This document shows positions 28,872 through 37,126 of a DNA stretch of 64,000 bases, piece by piece. The notes beneath the pieces are model-generated. The model was not told the origin of the DNA, did no database searches, and saw only the letters and a program-made list of their open reading frames with translations. This DNA is from an uncultured Oscillospiraceae bacterium (lineage in GTDB: Bacteria > Bacillota > Clostridia > Oscillospirales > Ruminococcaceae): the NCBI GenBank assembly GCA_964536085.1, contig CAZHWR010000003.1, positions 1,540 through 65,539 on the forward strand, in the 5' to 3' direction. How positions within the stretch are numbered: the stretch's first letter is position 1; each line of letters starts with the position of its first letter. Position numbers and translations under genes: made by a program.

Positions 28872-30074
28872 ATGAATATATCTTTTTCACCGCCGGACAT
28901 ATCCGGGCTTGAAATAGACGAGGTGGCAAAAGCTCTGCGCTCGGGCTGGATAACAACGGGCGCGCGCACAAAGGATTTTGAAAGAAAGATTGCGGAGTAT
29001 ATCGGCGCGCCGCGCGCGGTGTGCTTAAGCTCCGCGACCGCGGCGCTTGAAACCACGCTCAGGATATTTGGAATAGGCGAGGGCGACGAGGTTATTACCA
29101 CGGCGTACACATATACGGCGTCCGCCAGCGTTATCGCGCATGTCGGCGCGAAAATAGTGCTTTGCGACACTTATCCCGATTCGTTTGAAATGAATTACGA
29201 ACGTATGGCGGAGCTTATTACCGAAAGGACAAAGGCGGTGATACCCGTTGATATCGGAGGAAAGCTGTGCTGCTATGACAAGATTTTCAGTGCGGTCAGC
29301 AGCAAAAAGGCACTTTTCAAGCCTGATACAGAACTGCAAAAGCTTTTTTCACGCGCTGTAGTGATCGCGGATTCGGCGCACGGCTTCGGCGCTCAAAAAA
29401 ACGGCTTGAAAAGCGGGAGTTTTGCCGATTTTACGGTGTTCAGCTTTCACGCTGTGAAAAATCTCACAACCGGCGAGGGCGGCGCGGTGGTGTGGAAGTC
29501 CCGTGAGGAGCTTGACGACGATATGCTTTATAAAGAATATATGCTCTATTCGCTCCACGGTCAGAGCAAGGATGCGTTTTCCAAGGACAAGCCCGGAGCG
29601 TGGGAGTATGATATAATTCATCTCGGTTATAAATGCAATATGACTGATATCGCCGCCGCGATAGGGTTAAAACAGCTTGAACGGTACGGCGATATGCTTG
29701 CGCGCCGAAAAGAATTGATAAATCGGTATGACCGTGCGTTTTTACGCGGCGGGGTCGTGAGTCTGGAGCATTTTCCCGATTCCGATTCAAGTTCGAGCGG
29801 ACATTTGTATATGCTGAGGATATTAAAGGCTGATGAATGCGGGCGAAATGCTGTCATAGAACGTTTGGCTGAAAAGGGAATAGCGGCTAATGTGCACTAT
29901 AAGCCGCTTCCGATGCTCACGGCGTATAGGAAGCTTGGATTTGATATTTCTGATTTTCCGAATGCGTACGGCTTATATAAAAATGAGATATCGCTTCCGC
30001 TTAACACTGTTTTGACAGATGAACAGGCGGATTATATTATTGAGACTGTGAGCGGAGAACTGAAAAAATTTTAA
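28872..30074 (+). CDS. DegT/DnrJ/EryC1/StrS-family PLP-dependent sugar aminotransferase
   Basis: WITTGARTKDFE, DSAHGFGA, and FSFHAVKNLTTGEGG containing the PLP lysine. Confidence 0.88.
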   Translation: MNISFSPPDISGLEIDEVAKALRSGWITTGARTKDFERKIAEYIGAPRAVCLSSATAALETTLRIFGIGEGDEVITTAYTYTASASVIAHVGAKIVLCDTYPDSFEMNYERMAELITERTKAVIPVDIGGKLCCYDKIFSAVSSKKALFKPDTELQKLFSRAVVIADSAHGFGAQKNGLKSGSFADFTVFSFHAVKNLTTGEGGAVVWKSREELDDDMLYKEYMLYSLHGQSKDAFSKDKPGAWEYDIIHLGYKCNMTDIAAAIGLKQLERYGDMLARRKELINRYDRAFLRGGVVSLEHFPDSDSSSSGHLYMLRILKADECGRNAVIERLAEKGIAANVHYKPLPMLTAYRKLGFDISDFPNAYGLYKNEISLPLNTVLTDEQADYIIETVSGELKKF

Positions 30075-30087
30075 GTACAGTTCAAAA

Positions 30088-30146
30088 AACACATAAACCA
30101 AAAGCGCCGTGAAAATAAATCAACACGGCGCTTTTGGTTTATGTTA
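30088..30146. terminator. Bidirectional terminator, 21-bp perfect stem
   Basis: ACATAAACCAAAAGCGCCGTG (30091-30111) pairs with CACGGCGCTTTTGGTTTATGT (30124-30144), between convergent genes. Confidence 0.85.
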
Positions 30147-30177
30147 TTTAATTATGAAAGGCGTTTTATTGTGCCGC

Positions 30178-30876
30178 TCATACGGCGGTCTGGCTATCGG
30201 AACCGTTGTGCTGATTGTTCGGTTCATCGGCGTTTCTGCTGATTTCGAGCACCTCATCTGACATGCCCGCGACATTGGGCGAGTGGGTGACGATTATTAT
30301 GCATTTGTTGTCATTATGGGCGAGATTTTTGAAAATGTCCATTATGGCGTTTTGGGTCTCGCCGTCGAGATTGCCTGTGGGTTCGTCCGCGAGGATGATT
30401 TTGGGGTCGTAGGAAAGTGTTCTTGCGATTGCAACTCTCTGCTGCTGACCGCCCGAAAGAGTCAAAACGCGGCGGTTTGCTTCCTCGGGGCTCAGTCCGA
30501 CCTTTTCCAGAAGCTGAAGCGCGTATTCTTTTTTGTTTTTGAATTTTCTGCGTGAAATGTCCATAGAGAGGATTACGTTTTCCGCCGCGGTGAGCTTGGG
30601 GAGCAGGTTGAAGCTTTGGAAAACAACTCCGATGTATTTGCTTCGGTATTTATATTTGTCAAGCTTGGTTATTTCTTTGTTGTTTAATAAAATCCTGCCG
30701 TCGGTGGGATTTGCAAGCCCCGAAAGCAAAGACAAAAGCGTGGTTTTCCCCGCGCCGGACTTGCCTACTACGGCATAGATTTTTCCTTCGTTGAAGCTAA
30801 AGCTCAAATCATTTATTACTTTTATTGAATTTTTATTGTATGAAAACGTAAGATTTTCCATTGACAGTATGCTCAT
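30178..30876 (-). CDS. ABC transporter ATP-binding protein (MacB/FtsE-like)
   Basis: Walker A GKSGAGKTT, signature LSGGQQQR, Walker B ILADEPT, H-loop VTHS. Confidence 0.9.
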   Translation of the reverse strand: MSILSMENLTFSYNKNSIKVINDLSFSFNEGKIYAVVGKSGAGKTTLLSLLSGLANPTDGRILLNNKEITKLDKYKYRSKYIGVVFQSFNLLPKLTAAENVILSMDISRRKFKNKKEYALQLLEKVGLSPEEANRRVLTLSGGQQQRVAIARTLSYDPKIILADEPTGNLDGETQNAIMDIFKNLAHNDNKCIIIVTHSPNVAGMSDEVLEISRNADEPNNQHNGSDSQTAV

Positions 30877-30985
30877 TTATTTGACCGCTCCTTTTTTAAA
30901 TTGTTTTATGGATGAATTGAATGGATATACGAAATTTTTTACCTTGCCGGCGGTATTTTTGCTTTAACATAAACTCGGTAATCTA

Positions 30986-31078
30986 AAATCTTTCACTATG
31001 CCGCGAGTTTAACGTTTCGCAAAGCGAATTTTGCGCCAATGCCTTTCGGCGCAAAAAGTCAAACTCGGCACGGAAGCC
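30986..31078. repeat. Structured intergenic repeat, copy A (79-nt core 31000-31078)
   Basis: The core differs from copy B at 1 of 79 positions. Internal hairpins TTGCGCC/GGCGCAA and TTCGC/GCGAA are closed by CGAGTTT/AAACTCG. Confidence 0.85.
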
Positions 31079-31141
31079 TGAAGTATCGGTTAATCGATGA
31101 GTGAAATATGCTTTTGCATTTTAGCAAGACTCTATAATATC

Positions 31142-31234
31142 AAATCTTTTGCTACGCCGCGAGTTTAACGGTTCGCAAAGCGAATTTTGCGCCAATGCCT
31201 TTCGGCGCAAAAAGTCAAACTCGGCACGGAAGCC
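31142..31234. repeat. Structured intergenic repeat, copy B (79-nt core 31156-31234)
   Basis: Same as copy A, 156 bp away. It abuts an 8-bp hairpin CGGAAGCC/GGCTTCCG (31227-31245) next to the permease stop codon. Confidence 0.85.
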
Positions 31235-31245
31235 GAAGGCTTCCG

Positions 31246-33282
31246 TTAATCTCTCATCGTCAATATCTTAAGCGGGTCGTACCGCAGGACAGATATTATC
31301 GCAACGCATCCCGCGGCGAGCGTCAATATAACGCCCACGAGCATAAGCTGTGCCACCACCTTGAAGTTGGTCGCCGAGGTAACGGAGGTTATGTAATCAG
31401 CTTGCTGATTTCCGAAGCCTCCTTTTGAAAAACCGCTTTCAGAGCCTCCGCGTCCAAAGTTTCGTTCCTGATTTTCCTGTGTGGTTTGGGAGGTGGAGAT
31501 TTGATTTTCAAGCAGGGCGTTGGTTATCGGCACCGAAGCAGTCGCACCGATTCCGGTTCCTATTATAATAGCGATAAATGTTACGATGAAGATCTCGCTT
31601 AAAAACTGAAGCGAGATTTTGCACTTTTTCATTCCGATAGCGGCGAGCACGCCTATTTCGTATTTGCGTTCACGAATATTGAATATATTCAGAACAATAA
31701 GTACTATAGCGCCTATACCTAAAACAATAAGCAAAAAGTATGTTGCAAATGTTCCGAGTGTTTCGAGCGGAGCTATTTTGCTGTCGAACGAGGAAACATC
31801 GGTCGATGAGATGGTGTAGTCGTCCGTAAGACCGAGCTCTGTCGCCTGTTCTTCAAATTTCTCGTAGTCGTCAAGACCCGCAAACACATATGTGCCGCTT
31901 TCCTGCTCACGAAGCGCGGTAGAGGATGTTCTTCCTGTGTCCTCTTCGGTTTCAACAGTTTCGTTTTTGATAGACGCATTTGTAATCTTTTTTAGCGCAG
32001 GATAGCTCATATAAATCTGGTTAGCGGAATCCTGCGAGGTGGAAAAGCCCTGCATTTGGGTGCTGTCGGTTGCGGACGCTTCGGAGTCGGTGTAGATGCC
32101 GACGATCTCGAGCTTGATTACTTCGTCCTCATCATTTGGGTTTACAAGCTTTATGGCTTTTCCCACCTTGAGATTGTTATATGTGGCAAGCTCGCTGCTT
32201 ATGATGCAGACCTTATCTTTGGATTCTACGTCGAAAACCTCTCCGTCGGTAATTGTTTTTGTACCTTCGGTGAAGTCGGTCATTGCGGAAAGAGAGCTGT
32301 ATCCGACAACGGTAAAGTCGCCTTGCATTCCCATAATACCGGCCGCAAAAGCGCTGCGATCAATGTTCCCTCCGCCTATGTCGCCGACAATTGCACCGTC
32401 TGTAATGCCTGTGTCTGGAGTTGTGCCGTTTGCACTGCCGCCGAAGCCCGAGCCGCCGTTACTTGCACCGCCGCTTTTGCCGTTACCGCTGCCGCCGCTT
32501 CTGCCGTTGCCGCCTGCAAAGCCGTCTGAGCCGTCGGACGGCGGCGTATTGCCGCCTGAATTACCGGGAGCGGACGGTCTGCCGCTTCCGGACGAGTTTC
32601 TTTCGGATGACGTGCTTTCGGAGGATGTGTTTGCTTCAGAGGAAGCGGTTTCCTCCGACTGCGTCTGTTCGCTTGATGTTTCACTTTCTGACGATACCGA
32701 TTCCTCAGAGCTTGCGGCCTCATCGGCTGTTTCGGTGCGGAGAACAGCTCCTGCGGCAGTTTCGGTGTTTGTTGCCATATTTGTGACGGAAACTCCTCCG
32801 TATGCCGATGTGGACGCTTTACTTGCAGTGTTCGAAGAGCTTGAGCCGGAGCCGCTTGAAGATGAACTCGACGAGCTTGTGCCGTCATCGTCATCGCTGT
32901 CTTGTTCGATTCCGGTTGTATCGACCGGTTCAAGCTTGCCGCCGGCGTTCATAGCGGTGGTGAGGGTGTAGTAAAAATCCTCTACGCATTCCGCTTCGGC
33001 GTATTTTTGTAAATCGTCGATAGTGAGCGATTCAATGTTCTGCATGTTTTCCATCATTTCAGAACGGTCGGAAGCGTTGTTCATTATTTTTTCTCTGTTC
33101 ACCGATATCTGGGCGGTGATTTTAATGCCTGAAAGCGCCTGTTCGCGCGCGGTAGCCGATGCCTGTTTAATCGAAAGCGCAACGCAGCTCGACGTTGCTA
33201 TTGCAAGCACGATTATGCCGATTAAAATATTCCGCCCTTTTGACCGAATAATGTTTCGCAGTGCATTTTTTAAAATATACAT
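31246..33282 (-). CDS. ABC transporter permease, FtsX/MacB type, with ~165-aa Ser/Gly/Thr/Glu-rich low-complexity insert in the extracytoplasmic domain
   Basis: N-terminal TM (RNILIGIIVLAIATSSCVAL), a large extracytoplasmic domain and a C-terminal FtsX 3-TM bundle. Low-complexity run roughly at residues 127-290. Confidence 0.85.
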   Translation of the reverse strand: MYILKNALRNIIRSKGRNILIGIIVLAIATSSCVALSIKQASATAREQALSGIKITAQISVNREKIMNNASDRSEMMENMQNIESLTIDDLQKYAEAECVEDFYYTLTTAMNAGGKLEPVDTTGIEQDSDDDDGTSSSSSSSSGSGSSSSNTASKASTSAYGGVSVTNMATNTETAAGAVLRTETADEAASSEESVSSESETSSEQTQSEETASSEANTSSESTSSERNSSGSGRPSAPGNSGGNTPPSDGSDGFAGGNGRSGGSGNGKSGGASNGGSGFGGSANGTTPDTGITDGAIVGDIGGGNIDRSAFAAGIMGMQGDFTVVGYSSLSAMTDFTEGTKTITDGEVFDVESKDKVCIISSELATYNNLKVGKAIKLVNPNDEDEVIKLEIVGIYTDSEASATDSTQMQGFSTSQDSANQIYMSYPALKKITNASIKNETVETEEDTGRTSSTALREQESGTYVFAGLDDYEKFEEQATELGLTDDYTISSTDVSSFDSKIAPLETLGTFATYFLLIVLGIGAIVLIVLNIFNIRERKYEIGVLAAIGMKKCKISLQFLSEIFIVTFIAIIIGTGIGATASVPITNALLENQISTSQTTQENQERNFGRGGSESGFSKGGFGNQQADYITSVTSATNFKVVAQLMLVGVILTLAAGCVAIISVLRYDPLKILTMRD

Positions 33283-33429
33283 ACTAATCCTCCGAATGTG
33301 AAATTTGTTAAATCAATAATACACGTTATTTGTAACGATAATTTTAACTGTTCTTTGAATTTCTGTGGGGAGTTCGTTAAAAAATTGTTTTAGAATTAAC
33401 CAAACTAGGTGAAAACGGTTTTTCCGCCA

Positions 33430-33983
33430 AACGTTTATGCAATGCAAAATGGGAGTCAGAAGAGGGATGCCGGATATCAGCAATTTAAAACAGCTGTCCG
33501 AGCCGCTCAATATCGGCGTGGACTATCTTCTGGACGACGGGGAAAGCTTGATTTATCGGTGACCAGAGAAAAAATTGACCTTAACGCTTACAAATATGAC
33601 CGCAAATTCAGCGGCAGGCTGGTTAAGAAAACAGGGAAAAAATACATGATTGTTTGTGAAAAACATCCGAAGCAGAAGTACATTATCTTTTCGGCAAACA
33701 AATTTTGACAAAGAAAGAAAAAATAATAGACTACGCAATCGGAATTTTATTTGAAGCGCCGTTTGAAATTCCGAAAATTATCAACAGCATAAAAAATACG
33801 GATAAGGATTTTTATTTAGTCAGTCAGAAAAGTAAGCAGTATTTTGTGATTGTAACCGATGAATTTATCGAGTGCAGACAGCTTGTGAAGAAAATCACGG
33901 AAAAGAAATTCAGCATCGGTGATTTTTCATTTATTGGCTGCGGTGTGATTGGCAGGGGCAAAATCAAATTACAGACTTGTTAA
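33430..33983 (+). pseudogene. Decayed XRE-family HTH protein gene (multiple frameshifts, N-terminus missing)
   Basis: An HTH tail, MPDISNLKQLSEPLNIGVDYLLDDGESL, is followed by a stop. The sequence continues in a second frame (DLSVTREKIDLNAYKYDRKFSGRLVKK...IIFSANKF) and a third (LTKKEKIIDYAIGILFE...). Confidence 0.55.
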
Positions 33984-34105
33984 ATCGGTTTGCTCTGACA
34001 ATTATAAAGCGGAGTCCGGCAAAGAGTTTGTTTATATAATGTAACCTAATGAACAGCCCCGTCATAAAATAATGTGTACGCAAACCATCGCGTTTGGAGG
34101 AAAGT

Positions 34106-34498
34106 ATGATGGATACGACTGTTTTGATTGCCGGAGGGGATAAACGGCAGATTTATGTGGCGAGACTGCTTGCGGCGGATTATAAGGTTTATGCAATCGG
34201 TCTTGAGGATTCTTTCGGCGACGTTATCAATATAAATTCTCTTTGCGAGCTTAGCGTTAAGCCCGACATTATCATTTTCCCGATTTTGTCGAGCGTGGAT
34301 AATGAGCATGTAAACATGCCGCTGTCGGATATCACGCTCAGAATAGAGGACGTTTTGGAATACGCAAAGCATTCTGCCGTTGTTTTAGCCGGGAAGCCGT
34401 GCGCAACGCTTTGCGAGCTTTGCGGAAGAAAAAATCTTAAGCTTATAGATTATTTTGAGCGTGAAGAACTCGCGGTTTTAAACGCAGTACCTACTGCG
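34106..34498 (+). CDS. dpaA: Dipicolinate synthase subunit A, 5' segment (gene split by intervening element)
   Basis: MMDTTVLIAGGDKRQIYVARLL...FEREELAVLNAVPTA matches the DpaA/SpoVFA N-terminal domain. RBS GGAGG sits 5 nt upstream. Beyond 34498 the ORF runs into unrelated element sequence. Confidence 0.9.
34482..34498 (+). repeat. Left copy of 17-bp direct repeat (attL core) ACGCAGTACCTACTGCG
   Basis: Identical to 37127-37143. Internally an inverted repeat, CGCAGTA-CC-TACTGCG. Confidence 0.9.
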
Positions 34499-35360
34499 TT
34501 CGTTTTTTTGCATGTGCCGTGCGGGTTTGAGCCTGTAAAAAAAGCTTTCTTGACACTATCGCCTCATGATGATTATTTATAATTATCCTGTTTTGAGTAT
34601 TTGTGCGGCGTGTATGGTTTAAATAGTCCACTGTTTCCTGTTTTCGGCAGACAAGGTCGCCGCAGTATTTTTCATTTTTCAGCATTTTGCGTATGGTTTC
34701 GGTTTTCCATTCACGTTCCGGGCGGCTGATGCGTTCGGCTATCTGACGCGGATTTAAGCCTTCGTAAACGCGCAGTCTGAAAATTTCCTTAACGGTCTTC
34801 GCCTGCTCTTCGTTGACTGTGAGCACGCCGTTTTTAAGGTCATAGCCGTATACGCCGTTTCCAAAGACAACGCCGCGCTTCATGCTTTGAAGCTGACCCC
34901 ATTTAACCCGCTCGGAGGTTTTACGGCTCTCCTCCTGAGCTATGGTAGAGAGTATGGAAAGCCTCAGCTCGCCGTCTGAGCTTAAGGTATTGATACCGTC
35001 GGACAAAAACAGCACACCGACGCCATGCTGCTTTAAAAGCCGTGTGTATGTAAGCGCGTCCACGGTGTTTCGGGCAAAGCGCGAGACCTCCTTTGTTATG
35101 ATAAGGTCGATTTCACCGCTGAGAGCGCAACCTATCATCTTTTTGAACGCCGTACGTTTTTTGATACTGGTTCCGGTTATTCCGCTGTCGGCGAATATTT
35201 CCGTCAGCCGCCAGTCGGGATTTTTACTAATGCAGTCGTAAAAATATCTTTTCTGCGCCTCAAGCGAATTTGCCTGGTCGGATTTGTCGGTCGAAACGCG
35301 GCAGTAGGCGCAAACGTTAAGCATGGGCGCACAGTCCGATCGGTTTTTCACATAGATCAC
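34491..35360 (-). CDS. Serine recombinase (resolvase catalytic domain plus 'recombinase' domain, with no zinc-ribbon/coiled-coil domain)
   Basis: YCRVSTDKSDQANSLEAQ (catalytic Ser), DSGITGTS, VSRFARN and AQEESRKTSERVKWG. The recombinase domain is ..YGYDL..VNEEQAKTVKEIF...W..ETIRKMLKNEKYCGD...HHEAIVSRKLFLQAQ. The stop TAG lies inside the 17-bp core. The start may instead be at 35351 or 35324. Confidence 0.85.
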   Translation of the reverse strand: MIYVKNRSDCAPMLNVCAYCRVSTDKSDQANSLEAQKRYFYDCISKNPDWRLTEIFADSGITGTSIKKRTAFKKMIGCALSGEIDLIITKEVSRFARNTVDALTYTRLLKQHGVGVLFLSDGINTLSSDGELRLSILSTIAQEESRKTSERVKWGQLQSMKRGVVFGNGVYGYDLKNGVLTVNEEQAKTVKEIFRLRVYEGLNPRQIAERISRPEREWKTETIRKMLKNEKYCGDLVCRKQETVDYLNHTRRTNTQNRIIINNHHEAIVSRKLFLQAQTRTAHAKKRTQ

Positions 35361-35445
35361 CTTTTTGCACGCGCCGACAACGCGCTTTTTGATAAATTTA
35401 TATTTTTTTTAAACGCTTTATATTCGCCCGCCGCGTATTTTGTAT

Positions 35446-35474
35446 TTGACATATGCGCGCTATGATTATAAAAT
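35446..35474 (+). promoter_or_regulatory. SigA-type promoter for the flippase gene, TTGACA-N17-TAAAAT
   Basis: TTGACA at 35446-35451, a 17-nt spacer and TAAAAT at 35469-35474, about 38 nt upstream of the ATG at 35512. Confidence 0.5.
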
Positions 35475-35511
35475 ATATGCAGTATTTACGGCAAAGGACG
35501 GCGGCGTTGAT

Positions 35512-37023
35512 ATGAGATTCAGAAGAAGCGCTTATAATTTAATAGTCGGCGTTTTGTGCCAGCTTGTTATTCTTGCGCTGGGGCTTGTTATTCCGCGGCT
35601 GTTTTTGGTGAACTTCGGCTCGGAAACAAACGGTCTTATTACGTCGATAAACGATATATTCGTTTATATAGCCCTGCTGGAAGCGGGAATCGGCGCGGCG
35701 ACTGTGCAGGCGCTTTACAAGCCTATTGTAAACGGGGATAAAAACAAGATAAACGAAATACTTTCAGCTACGTCATTTTACTATAAGCGCACGGGCGTTA
35801 TATATTTTATTGTGCTTTTGCTGTTTGCGTTTGTCTACCCGCTTATGCTGGATACGTCGATAGATTATAAAACCGTTGTGCTGGTCATCTTTTTCACCGG
35901 TATAGGAAACGTTATCAATTTTTTCTTTCAGGGCAAGTATAAGCAGCTGCTTTTGGCGGAGGGAAAGGCTTATATCATAACGATAATATCCTCCGCGGCT
36001 AATATTATTGCCAGCGTTTCAAAAATCGTTCTTATACTTTCGGGATTTGATATAGTTGCGGTGCAGACGGTGTATTTTGTACTGTCGATGTTTCAGATGG
36101 CGTTTTTTGAAGCGTACATCAGGCGCAACTACAAATGGCTCAATTTAAAGGCGACCCCGGATTACGGCGCAATATCCCAGAAAAACGCGGTCCTTGTTCA
36201 TCAAATCAGCGGAATCGTTTTCAAGAACACCGACGTTGTTATACTTTCTCTTGTCTATGATTTGAAGATGGCGAGCGTATATATAATGTACAACCTTATC
36301 TTCAATGTCATGGAAAATTTTATTACAACGATCAACGACAGTGTTGTAGCGGCGCTTGGACAGGAGTATAACAGGGATAAAAACAGCTATGCGAAGCTTT
36401 ACGATTTTTACGAGCTGGGTTATTTTGCAATGTGTTTTATTATATGTACGGTCGTTTATGCGATAATAATCCCGTTTATGCGGCTTTACACGGCGGGAGT
36501 CACCGATATCAACTATTTTATCGACTATCTGCCGCTTGCATTTGTCATAATGAAATTCTTAAATTGGTGCAGGACTCCGTCTGCATACACAATAAATTTT
36601 GCGGGTAAATTTATCGAAACAAGAAAAAAGGCGCTCACGGAAGCGGTCATCAACATAGCCGTTTCGCTCGTTTTAGTAAAGCCTCTTGGTATTTTCGGCG
36701 TTGTGGCTGGGTCGGCGGCGGCGTTTTTATACAGCGCGGTTTATTCGATATGGTATGTTAACGCAAAGCTTATTGACTTAAACTATAAAAAAACCGTGTT
36801 CAGATGGGTTGTTTTTATTGCGGCGTTTTTCGCGTTTTCATTCGTGCTGTCGCATATAAGCGTGGAAATAAGCGGTTATTTTACGCTTGTTTTGTTTGCG
36901 GCGGCGGTCGGTGTAGCGGCTGTGATTTACTACGCCGCGGTGTGCATGATATTCAGCCGCAAAACTTGTGTAAACTCCGTTAAAGCGGCGTTACAGATTT
37001 TAAAAAATCGAAAATATAGATAA
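35512..37023 (+). CDS. Oligosaccharide/polysaccharide flippase (Wzx-like, MOP superfamily)
   Basis: 503 aa with about 12-14 TM helices. The N-terminal block IPRLFLVNFGSETNGLITSINDIFVYIALLEAGIGAATVQALYKP is typical of EPS/teichoic Wzx flippases. Confidence 0.75.
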   Translation: MRFRRSAYNLIVGVLCQLVILALGLVIPRLFLVNFGSETNGLITSINDIFVYIALLEAGIGAATVQALYKPIVNGDKNKINEILSATSFYYKRTGVIYFIVLLLFAFVYPLMLDTSIDYKTVVLVIFFTGIGNVINFFFQGKYKQLLLAEGKAYIITIISSAANIIASVSKIVLILSGFDIVAVQTVYFVLSMFQMAFFEAYIRRNYKWLNLKATPDYGAISQKNAVLVHQISGIVFKNTDVVILSLVYDLKMASVYIMYNLIFNVMENFITTINDSVVAALGQEYNRDKNSYAKLYDFYELGYFAMCFIICTVVYAIIIPFMRLYTAGVTDINYFIDYLPLAFVIMKFLNWCRTPSAYTINFAGKFIETRKKALTEAVINIAVSLVLVKPLGIFGVVAGSAAAFLYSAVYSIWYVNAKLIDLNYKKTVFRWVVFIAAFFAFSFVLSHISVEISGYFTLVLFAAAVGVAAVIYYAAVCMIFSRKTCVNSVKAALQILKNRKYR

Positions 37024-37058
37024 AAGCCTTATTTTGATGACATAAAATTGAATATTTT

Positions 37059-37101
37059 GCGCCCGCCGCGAATCAAATTTTGATTCGCGGCGGGCTTTTT
37101 G
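37059..37101 (+). terminator. Rho-independent terminator of the flippase cassette (15-bp stem)
   Basis: GCCCGCCGCGAATCA / TGATTCGCGGCGGGC followed by TTTTT, 26 bp before the right repeat. Confidence 0.85.
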
Positions 37102-37126
37102 CATATAAGACTGTTTGACTTTTCTG

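Noticed and set aside
31079-31140. A possible remnant of a second permease 3' end after repeat copy A (minus-strand ..HISLID-stop, resembling ..ILTMRD-stop)
   Set aside because: Only about 6 residues show loose similarity, which is not distinguishable from chance.
30986-31234. The tandem repeats as a CRISPR array
   Set aside because: There are only two copies, each about 79-93 nt long, with a ~60-nt spacer and no cas genes. The size and internal multi-hairpin structure are wrong for CRISPR repeats.
32096-32971. 291-aa plus-strand ORF and overlapping ORFs (32376-32933 minus, 32421-32786 plus)
   Set aside because: These are artefacts of the low-complexity Ser/Gly-coding region of the FtsX permease. 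Stop codons are scarce in all frames there.
34499-34582. C-terminal tail of ORF 34094-34582 (FVFLHVPCGFEPVKKAFLTLSPHDDYL), and the N-terminal 15 codons of ORF 37099-37623
   Set aside because: Neither is part of a real protein. They are read-through into and out of the intervening element. DpaA homology stops and starts exactly at the 17-bp repeat.
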